In this document: in pieces, positions 1-4,997 of the stretch | Position numbering within the stretch: the stretch's first letter is position 1 | How the letters are laid out: every line of letters begins with the position of its first letter | Assembly: GCA_023245115.1 (NCBI GenBank) | Contig: JAHFKX010000041.1 | Span: forward strand, 1 to 7,630 | Reading direction: 5' to 3' | Length of the DNA stretch: 7,630 bases | Origin: Candidatus Woesearchaeota archaeon | Lineage (GTDB): Archaea > Nanobdellota > Nanobdellia > UBA10117 | Made by a program: the position numbers and the translations under genes | Notes under the pieces: model-generated | Database searches by the model: none | What the model was told of the DNA's origin: nothing | What the model saw: the letters and a program-made list of their open reading frames with translations, nothing else

Positions 1-698
1 ATTTGCCCTACAGATTCAAGGGCCTCTTTGTGTTGCTGATGTTTGTGCAGCTCGGGTAATAAATCGGCCACTGCGATGTAAATGAAACTTCCGGCTGCGA
101 ACGGAATTAGAAAATGCGTAAAATTGCTAATATGCTGTGAAGCAAAAAATGCGATTATTGCACCGGCGAAAGCAGTAAGCGCGGTTAAGAAGTTATATAA
201 AAGTGCTTTTGATTTTGCGAACCCGCTATAAACTAAAACGCCAAAATCGCCGAATTCTTGTGGGATTTCGTGCGCGACAACTGCTATTGTTGTTACGAGA
301 CCCAGCGGTGTTGAAACCAAAAAACTTGCTGCTATTATCATGCCGTCAATAAAATTATGTACGCCATCGCCAAGCAAATTCAGATAACCAACTGCATGAA
401 TATGCACATTTTTGCTTTTTCCATGGGTATGGTGATGATGCCAATGGAAGTATGATTCTATGACAAAAAAAACTATGATGCCGAGCAGCGTTATTGTATA
501 AATATTATCCGATGGCGCTTTTGCAGCCTCAGGAAGCAAGTCAAGAAATGCTGCGCCAAGCATGCCGCCAGCAGCGAAACTTACCAAATAGCTCAACAAA
601 TTCTCAACTTTTTTTCCGAAATACAGTGTTAAGACGCCAACAAATGAAATCAAGCTGACTATAAATACGGATAATAATATGTATGCTAACGTAGCCAT
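1..698 (-). CDS. ZIP (ZupT-like) family divalent metal transporter, C-terminus beyond window edge
   Basis: Absent from the ORF track because it runs off the edge. My translation from ATG (698-696) stays open to position 1: MATLAYILLSVFIVSLISFVGVL...LLPEAAK...HWHHHHTHGKSKNVHIH...GLVTTIAVVAHEIPQEFGDFGVLVYSG...FAAGSFIYIAVADLLPELH. It has several hydrophobic helices, a His-rich loop and the HEIPQExGDF motif typical of ZIP transporters. Confidence 0.85.
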   Translation of the reverse strand, partial: MATLAYILLSVFIVSLISFVGVLTLYFGKKVENLLSYLVSFAAGGMLGAAFLDLLPEAAKAPSDNIYTITLLGIIVFFVIESYFHWHHHHTHGKSKNVHIHAVGYLNLLGDGVHNFIDGMIIAASFLVSTPLGLVTTIAVVAHEIPQEFGDFGVLVYSGFAKSKALLYNFLTALTAFAGAIIAFFASQHISNFTHFLIPFAAGSFIYIAVADLLPELHKHQQHKEALESVGQ

Positions 699-719
699 AA
701 TATTACGACACTAATTAGA

Positions 720-727
720 TTTAAAAA
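720..727. promoter_or_regulatory. Single TATA-like box (TTTAAAAA / TTTTTAAA) centred in the 50-nt divergent intergenic region
   Basis: The box centre (723.5) lies 25.5 nt from the ZIP ATG (698, minus) and 25.5 nt from the in-frame ATG at 749 (plus). This matches the spacing seen at other genes in the window. Confidence 0.45.
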
Positions 728-748
728 GATTTGTTGCTATGTTCTATC

Positions 749-1375
749 ATGATAAATAATATTAAACGGAGTTATTTTTTGAAAATATTTAGGGCGGCGG
801 ATAAAAAGTACGGCCGGCTTGAGAAACGATTGGCTGCTGATGGATGGCCTGCCGCGTGGCAAACTCTTATTGCTACGATAATGTCAGCGCAATCCAGGGA
901 TGAAACTACAATTCCAATTGCAGAAAATTTGTTTACAAAATATCCCGATATAGAAAAATTGGCTGTGGCAAACTACAAAGATGTTTTAGAAATTTTTAAG
1001 AGCCTGAATTACAATAAAACAAAAGCAAAGCATGTAATTGGAGCAGCAAAATATATTTTAGAAAATTTTGGCGGAGTTGTGCCGGAAAAAATTGAAAAGC
1101 TTACCGAAATTCCCGGTGTTGGCAGAAAGACCGCAAATATTGTTCGGGTTGAAGTGCATGGCAGGCATGCCATACCAGTCGATACTCACGTTCATAGGAT
1201 TTCAAATGTTTTAGGGTTTGTTAATACAAAAACGCCAGAGCAAACTGAGCAGGAACTAATGAAGCTAGTTCCAAAAAAGTTGTGGGGTAAGGTCAACCGC
1301 ATTTTCGTATTGTGGGGTAAGGATGTGGCTGGAAAAGATAAAAAGAAGTTGCTTAGGCAGATTGGCCTTGCTTAG
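749..1375 (+). CDS. nth: Endonuclease III-like HhH-GPD DNA glycosylase/AP lyase lacking the C-terminal 4Fe-4S cysteine motif
   Basis: Colinear with E. coli Nth: SAQSRDE, a helix-hairpin-helix EIPGVGRKTANIV with the catalytic Lys, and VDTHVHRI with the catalytic Asp. The ORF track starts at TTG 731. I prefer the in-frame ATG at 749 because of the TATA spacing. The C-terminus (NRIFVLWGKDVAGKDKKKLLRQIGLA) contains no Cys. Confidence 0.85.
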   Translation: MINNIKRSYFLKIFRAADKKYGRLEKRLAADGWPAAWQTLIATIMSAQSRDETTIPIAENLFTKYPDIEKLAVANYKDVLEIFKSLNYNKTKAKHVIGAAKYILENFGGVVPEKIEKLTEIPGVGRKTANIVRVEVHGRHAIPVDTHVHRISNVLGFVNTKTPEQTEQELMKLVPKKLWGKVNRIFVLWGKDVAGKDKKKLLRQIGLA

Positions 1376-1411
1376 TATACCTTGTGCTACGAGTTATAAC
1401 ATTCAGAAAGA

Positions 1412-1424
1412 TTTTTAATTTAAT
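1412..1424 (+). promoter_or_regulatory. TATA-like box upstream of the rubredoxin-domain gene
   Basis: TTTTTAATTTAAT is centred about 23 nt upstream of ATG 1441. Confidence 0.35.
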
Positions 1425-1440
1425 CTATTCGGTTTAATGT

Positions 1441-1740
1441 ATGGTTAAGAGGAAAGTTATGCGGGTAAAGAAAGAGCCTATTATCATTGGGGCGCCAGAT
1501 ATCTACAACTATCAGTGCGCTAGGTGTGGGTTTACATACGATCCGAGGGTTGGCCTGCCAGATAAGAGTGTAAAAGCCGGCACACCATTTGATGAGTTAA
1601 AACAGGGCTGGAAATGCCCCGGTTGCAGCGGCCCAAAAGAAAAATTCAGAAAAATTGCTGAGCCGCTCGAGGAAGCAATTAATATTCTGGGAAAATATTA
1701 TGAGGGCGCACCTAAGAGGCTTTTTGAGCATGAGGATTGA
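1441..1740 (+). CDS. Rubredoxin-domain protein with basic N-terminal and about 30-aa C-terminal extensions
   Basis: YQCARCGFTYDP...AGTPFDELKQGWKCPGCSGPKEKF matches the rubredoxin pattern CxxCG[FY]xYD...GTxFxxLPxxWxCPxCxxxKxxF, with two CxxC knuckles. An alternative start is ATG 1459, preceded by AGAGGAAA. Confidence 0.75.
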   Translation: MVKRKVMRVKKEPIIIGAPDIYNYQCARCGFTYDPRVGLPDKSVKAGTPFDELKQGWKCPGCSGPKEKFRKIAEPLEEAINILGKYYEGAPKRLFEHED

Positions 1741-1999
1741 GAAAAAAGTCTGGCCGCAGTACTTTGAGAAAATTTTGTCAGGTGAGAAGACATTTGAACT
1801 CAGGCTTGCGGATTTTGAGTGTAGGCCCGGCGATATACTAGTTCTGAAAGAGTGGGACCCTGGGATGAAGGCATTTACCGGCCGCGAGATAGAAAAAGAG
1901 GCCACGTTTGTCTTTAAGACAAAAGATAGTAAATTTTGGACAAAAGAAGAAATTGAAAAGCATGGGTATCAGGTAATATCTTTTAGGAATATTAAGTAA
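1730..1999 (+). CDS. ASCH / DUF3850-like (PUA-fold) small protein
   Basis: MRIEKKVWPQYFEKILSGEKTFELRLADFECRPGDILVLKEW resembles the N-terminal signature of DUF3850/ASCH proteins as I recall it. I chose the internal ATG at 1730 (residue 26 of the track ORF). It overlaps the rubredoxin stop by 11 nt (ATGAGGATTGA), which suggests translational coupling. Confidence 0.6.
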   Translation: MRIEKKVWPQYFEKILSGEKTFELRLADFECRPGDILVLKEWDPGMKAFTGREIEKEATFVFKTKDSKFWTKEEIEKHGYQVISFRNIK

Positions 2000-2017
2000 C
2001 ATACAGCATACAAAACA

Positions 2018-2028
2018 TTTTTAATAAA
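2018..2028 (+). promoter_or_regulatory. TATA-like box upstream of ogg
   Basis: TTTTTAATAAA is centred about 24 nt upstream of ATG 2047. Confidence 0.4.
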
Positions 2029-2046
2029 CCCATAGTAACTTTTACT

Positions 2047-2688
2047 ATGTTAGATGGGCTTCAGCTGATTTATGCATCAAAACGTGATGATATCAAAAAA
2101 AGGTTGCAGGATTTTCATCAGTTATGGCTTGAGTCAGATGATAGAAAGATTTTTTCTGAGCTTGCGTTCTGCCTTTGCACGCCGCAGTCCAAGGCCACGG
2201 CGGCAGATATCGCGATTCGCAGGGCAACAGAAGCAGGCCATTTGTACGGCGGTAAGGCTGAAGAGATTGCAGGCCATCTTACCCGTTCAGGTGTCAGGTT
2301 TGGGAACAACAAGGCCCGTTACATTGTCGAAGCAAGAGATTATTTTACGCAGGGCGGAATGCTGAAAATCAAGAGTAAACTCAACTTTGACGATTTGGTT
2401 GGCATGCGGAACTGGCTCGCCGACAATGTCATCGGCATTGGCATGAAAGAGGCTTCGCATTTTTTGAGAAACATCAGTTTCGGAAAAGACTTGGCAATCC
2501 TTGACAGGCACATCCTGAAAAATCTGAAAAAATATGGCGTGATTGCCGAAATTCCTAAAGTTTTAAGCAAGCAAACTTATCTCGACATAGAAGAAAAAGT
2601 CCGCAGGTTTTCCAAGCAAGTTAGAATACCAATGGCAGAACTGGATTTATTGTTTTGGTCAGAAGAAGCGGGGCAGATTTTCAAGTAA
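2047..2688 (+). CDS. ogg: 8-oxoguanine DNA glycosylase/AP lyase, archaeal Ogg2 type
   Basis: Strong colinearity with my recollection of M. jannaschii Ogg: ELAFCLCTPQSKA, GIGMKEASHFLRNISFGKDLAILDRHILKNL (HhH plus catalytic Lys/Asp region), IPKVLSKQTYLDIE, ELDLLFW and a C-terminal G.IFK. Confidence 0.9.
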   Translation: MLDGLQLIYASKRDDIKKRLQDFHQLWLESDDRKIFSELAFCLCTPQSKATAADIAIRRATEAGHLYGGKAEEIAGHLTRSGVRFGNNKARYIVEARDYFTQGGMLKIKSKLNFDDLVGMRNWLADNVIGIGMKEASHFLRNISFGKDLAILDRHILKNLKKYGVIAEIPKVLSKQTYLDIEEKVRRFSKQVRIPMAELDLLFWSEEAGQIFK

Positions 2689-3087
2689 TTATCTCTGCTG
2701 CATTTCGTGATACTCTTTTCCTCTTTCCGAAACGCGGCTGGCATATAATAGGGCCAACTGCGCATAAGTCTGGTTCTCTCCTGTTGTTAGTCTTTCTTTT
2801 GGCGGGACGAATTGTATGCCGTTATAAATAGCTAATTTTTCTTCGTTTTCGTTTGTTCGCAATGCTTCAAAACATAACTCTAAGCCACTCTTATCCATTA
2901 TTTTGCCAACGCCACTGCCGATCGTTTTAACTATTGTTGGTTTTCCTGCGCAGTATTCGTACATAGAAGTTACAAGAAATCCACATTTAATCCCGCCCAT
3001 GTCGCGTGTCGCAAGCTCCAGAATTGCAGACAGCGCATCGGCCAGAACGGGCGGAAATTGAGCCGTTGGTAACTGTGATTTTTCCAT
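2689..3087 (-). CDS. Hypothetical protein (132 aa)
   Basis: I trimmed the track ORF (2689-3198) to the internal ATG at 3087 (MEKSQLPTAQFPP...). The longer form overlaps the SpoU gene by 62 nt, and a TATA-like box (3111-3118) sits about 27 nt upstream of 3087. I recognise no family. Its stop abuts the ogg stop (TAATTA). Confidence 0.5.
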   Translation of the reverse strand: MEKSQLPTAQFPPVLADALSAILELATRDMGGIKCGFLVTSMYEYCAGKPTIVKTIGSGVGKIMDKSGLELCFEALRTNENEEKLAIYNGIQFVPPKERLTTGENQTYAQLALLYASRVSERGKEYHEMQQR

Positions 3088-3136
3088 ATCTTTTTGAGAA
3101 TGGCAACCCTTATTAAACTTTCGCTGAGGTGGATTT

Positions 3137-3700
3137 TTAAATAAGTTTTCTCTGCCTAGTTGCTTCGTATAAAATAATTCCGCAGGCCACAGATACATTC
3201 ATGCAGCGGACGAAACCCTGCATCGGAATTCTTACGTTAAAGTCTGCGCCCTCAAATGCTTCTTTACTTACGCCCCTGTGTTCGTGGCCCATAACTATTG
3301 CAGTTGGTTTTGTGAAATCTGCGCCCATAATATTTATTGATTTTGGTCCGTCATAAGTTGTGCAAATTTTATATTTTTTTTGGCGTAGGATTTCGTAGCA
3401 GTCTGTTATAGTATCCATCTGTTTTATTTCTACCCATTTTTCTGCGCCAGTGGAGCTAATAGAAACCCGTTGTTTTAGGTGCGGTATTGTTTGGCCAATG
3501 TAAAAAATTCTACCAACGCCAAATGAATCACATGTTCGTACTATTGCGCCAATGTTGTTTGGATTGAACAAACTTTCCAGTACAACAACTAAATCCTGTC
3601 TATTTCTTAATATGTCTGCCACTTTTGCCTGCCTTTTGTTTTGCGGCACATCTCTAGGAGGCATAGGCAAGTCTGACAGTTTGTGTGGTTCGGTTTCCAT
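3137..3700 (-). CDS. SpoU/TrmH-family RNA 2'-O-ribose methyltransferase (SPOUT)
   Basis: The three SpoU motifs are present: NPNNIGAIVRTCDSFGV, IVMGHEHRGVS and IPMQGFVRCMNVSVACGIILYE. A TATA-like box (3721-3728, TTTTAAAT on the minus strand) lies about 25 nt upstream of the ATG at 3700. Confidence 0.85.
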   Translation of the reverse strand: METEPHKLSDLPMPPRDVPQNKRQAKVADILRNRQDLVVVLESLFNPNNIGAIVRTCDSFGVGRIFYIGQTIPHLKQRVSISSTGAEKWVEIKQMDTITDCYEILRQKKYKICTTYDGPKSINIMGADFTKPTAIVMGHEHRGVSKEAFEGADFNVRIPMQGFVRCMNVSVACGIILYEATRQRKLI

Positions 3701-3774
3701 ATCAAATTCAATATGGAATGATTTAAAAGCTTTTCAAGTGGGCCCTCCAGGATTCGAACCTGGGACCTCCACCT

Positions 3775-3876
3775 TTCTCTTACCAAAACCGTTTGTATTT
3801 TGTGGCATCTTTAGATGCCACTGTTTCTTTGGCGGTTTCGTAGAGCACCTTTCTTTTCAAAAGAAAGGGGCTGTAC
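3775..3876 (-). other. tRNA intron 3 (102 nt, canonical position 37/38)
   Basis: Flanked by the 5-bp anticodon stem UCACC/GGUGG. The bulges are CA|G (3878-3876) and AA|A (3776-3774). The central helix is C-G, U-A, U.G plus an A.A mismatch. The intron-side helix is UAC/GUA. Splicing restores the loop CUUACAA. Confidence 0.65.
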
Positions 3877-3892
3877 TGTAAGGGTGACGTCA

Positions 3893-3935
3893 TTTCGTGC
3901 AAACACGAAACTGGCCGAAGCCTGCTTCGAGTCTG
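3893..3935 (-). other. tRNA intron 2 (about 43 nt, at D-loop 20/21 or 21/22); boundaries tentative
   Basis: This segment must be removed to join the micro-exon CGGUA (3940-3936, which supplies G18G19) to UGAC-G (3892-3888, the D-stem 3' strand plus G26). The BHB is only relaxed: an intron helix CAGAC/GUUUG of 5 bp, but a central helix with 2/4 pairs. An alternative boundary pair (3889-3930) would use AGAC (3934-3931) as the D-stem instead. Confidence 0.35.
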
Positions 3936-3940
3936 TACCG

Positions 3941-4039
3941 TTGTCTGCACTGTGTCATTTTGCGTGATCAAAGATCACGCCGCCTTTCTTCTTTAGGGAC
4001 ACGGTCTTTTCTTCTTTCGCGAAAGAAGAAAAGGGTGCG
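3941..4039 (-). other. tRNA intron 1 (99 nt, between positions 15/16 in the D-loop)
   Basis: Textbook bulge-helix-bulge motif. Exon GUCU (4045-4042) pairs 4/4 with intron AGAC (3946-3943). The 3-nt bulges are AG|C (4041-4039) and AA|C (3942-3940). The intron helix GCAC (4038-4035) / GUGC (3950-3947) pairs 4/4. Confidence 0.65.
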
Positions 4040-4064
4040 CTAGACCAAGGGCCCACGTATAAAA

Positions 4065-4616
4065 TTATAGATTTGGTTTTAAAAGTCTATTGTAGTCTAG
4101 TAACTTTTCAAAAATTTCTGCTTGTTCAATTGCATCATCTAATGCATTGTGCGTATGCTTTCTGCCGGATAAAAATCTTTTGTCAAAATTCTTTTTTGTT
4201 GTTTCGCCCCATATTTTTCCAAATTGGCCCATGTAGTATGCTTTTATGTCCAGCCCGCTGATACCAAATGGGTTAATTCCTAAAAATCTGCGGAAGTAAT
4301 AATTTACAAACTGCCAGTCAAATGTCGCGTTGAATGCGACGAAAACCGGCCTGCCATCTTTTGCTGTGTTTCTAATCCAAACATCAAAGTCACGCATGCC
4401 AGCTAGTGGCTCTGCGCCTGTTTTTTTCAGCAGTTCAAAATCCAGCTTGCAAACTTCTAGTGCCGTTTTTTCGTAGCTGTCACTTATTGGCTGAAATTCT
4501 TTATAAAAAGTTTCTGGCGTATTGCCAACCACGCAGGCCCCAACAGAAAGCATGCTGAATTCGCTAGGTATTGGTCCAGACGACTCAACATCAACTGAAA
4601 AATAAATTTCTTCCAT
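4065..4616 (-). CDS. DEDDh-type 3'-5' exonuclease (DnaQ/RNase T-like)
   Basis: Exo I is FSVDVESSG (DxE), Exo II is VAFNATFDWQFV and Exo III is HNALDDAIEQA (Hx4D). Its ATG overlaps the upstream gene's stop by 1 nt (TAATG). Confidence 0.8.
   Translation of the reverse strand: MEEIYFSVDVESSGPIPSEFSMLSVGACVVGNTPETFYKEFQPISDSYEKTALEVCKLDFELLKKTGAEPLAGMRDFDVWIRNTAKDGRPVFVAFNATFDWQFVNYYFRRFLGINPFGISGLDIKAYYMGQFGKIWGETTKKNFDKRFLSGRKHTHNALDDAIEQAEIFEKLLDYNRLLKPNL
4077..4084 (-). promoter_or_regulatory. TATA-like box for the tRNA gene, embedded in the 3' end of the exonuclease CDS
   Basis: TTTTAAAA is centred about 26 nt upstream of tRNA position 1 (4054). Confidence 0.4.
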
Positions 4617-4954
4617 TAGCCGAATATACTGCCCATGCCTTCCATGGCCGCATTTTCAAGTTCATCAATTTTTTTCTGAATTTCTGCGGCGTCCTTGCCT
4701 TTCATTAGTTTTGCGCCAGCCTCAGTGAGCTTTTTTTCGTTTGCCTTGAAAAACGAGTCTTCGGCTTTAATATGAATATATGTGGCCGGCTTTGTCAATC
4801 CCAATGTCGTGGCATCCCGCATGATGTAGCCCTGTGCTTTGAACGGATTTTGCACCCACTGGCCTGTCGTTGGGTCTTTTGCATCCTGCGCGTCAAGAAT
4901 GTTCTTCACTTTTGCTATGTCCTTTGACTCAGCCTCATAAATACGTATTCCCAT
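4616..4954 (-). CDS. Small uncharacterized protein (112 aa) with a ribosomal-stalk-like C-terminal tail
   Basis: A TATA-like box (4975-4982) lies about 25 nt upstream of the ATG at 4954, and the gene is translationally coupled to the exonuclease gene. The C-terminus ...IDELENAAMEGMGSIFG resembles the archaeal P1/L12 stalk tail (...EEALAGLSALFG). The N-terminal part does not look like the P1 dimerisation domain. Confidence 0.6.
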   Translation of the reverse strand: MGIRIYEAESKDIAKVKNILDAQDAKDPTTGQWVQNPFKAQGYIMRDATTLGLTKPATYIHIKAEDSFFKANEKKLTEAGAKLMKGKDAAEIQKKIDELENAAMEGMGSIFG

Positions 4955-4997
4955 AAATTATGTGCCTTTTTTGTGTTTTTAAGCCTTCGCGCAGCTA

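Larger units (their letters stand above)
3739..4054 (-). tRNA. tRNA-Val (anticodon UAC at 3880-3878) interrupted by three putative introns; CCA not encoded
   Basis: The minus strand starts GGGCCCU-U-G-GUCU-AG and ends AGGUC-CCAGG-UUCGAAU-CCUGG-AGGGCCC-A. That gives a 7/7 bp acceptor stem, a 5-nt variable loop, a canonical T arm and discriminator A. The anticodon arm is UCACC-CUUACA|A-GGUGG. The in-silico spliced 72-mer is GGGCCCUUGGUCUAGCGGUAUGACGUCACCCUUACAAGGUGGAGGUCCCAGGUUCGAAUCCUGGAGGGCCCA. Folding was done by hand only. Confidence 0.75.

Noticed and set aside
2084-2159. Possible C/D-box sRNA: GTGATGA at 2084-2090 and CTGA at 2156-2159, about 70 nt apart.
   Set aside because: It lies wholly inside the conserved ogg coding sequence. 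I saw no terminal stem and no convincing C'/D' boxes. Short motifs like these are expected by chance.
2686-2691. Convergent genes whose stop codons abut with zero spacer (TAATTA).
   Set aside because: This reflects genome compaction. No terminator structure or other signal is visible, so it is not informative on its own.
1597-2765. Overlapping and antisense ORFs: 1597-1905(-), 2072-2365(+), 2118-2312(-), 2287-2511(-), 2340-2570(-), 2577-2765(-).
   Set aside because: All lie inside or antisense to the well-supported rubredoxin, ASCH and ogg genes. Their composition is low-complexity or Ser/Arg/Cys-rich, as is typical of off-frame translation.
731-3198. Longer ORF-track starts: TTG 731 for nth, 1655 for the ASCH gene and 3198 for the hypothetical protein.
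   Set aside because: Internal ATGs (749, 1730, 3087) remove large overlaps with neighbouring genes and restore the TATA-to-ATG spacing of about 25 nt, or a short coupling overlap. The extended N-termini look like non-coding read-through.
3885-3892. Perfect 8-nt palindrome TGACGTCA (a CRE/AatII-like site).
   Set aside because: On the RNA strand it is simply the D-stem 3' strand, G26 and the start of the anticodon stem (UGAC-G-UCA). There is no reason to invoke a protein-binding site.
3552-3971. ORF-track entries 3552-3881 (+, 109 aa) and 3780-3971 (-, 63 aa).
   Set aside because: They run through the SpoU gene antisense and the tRNA/intron locus. The 109-aa product includes the classic T-arm translation artefact GPPGFEPGTS. 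Neither has a promoter or start context.
3802-4032. CRISPR-like appearance from a series of palindromic hairpins.
   Set aside because: The hairpins all differ in sequence. They are not direct repeats separated by spacers of regular length, and they sit inside the tRNA introns.
3739-4054. tmRNA-like architecture: acceptor stem and T arm formed by the two ends, an apparently reduced D region, and about 260 nt of hairpins in place of the anticodon loop.
   Set aside because: A complete anticodon arm (CUUACAA loop) and D-arm pieces can be recovered in colinear order, with BHB motifs at the junctions. There is no G3:U70 pair and no plausible tag ORF. The gene context is archaeal, where tmRNA is not known. 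A multi-intron tRNA explains everything more simply.
3739-4054. SRP (7S) RNA or RNase P RNA, given the size of about 300 nt, the pairing between the two ends and the many helices.
   Set aside because: I could not find the conserved SRP helix-8 GGAA/AGCA-type motifs or the RNase P CR-I/CR-V (GAGGAAAGUCC / ACAGAA...) motifs. The GGUUCGAAUCC T-loop, AGGUC variable loop and 7-bp acceptor stem are tRNA-specific.
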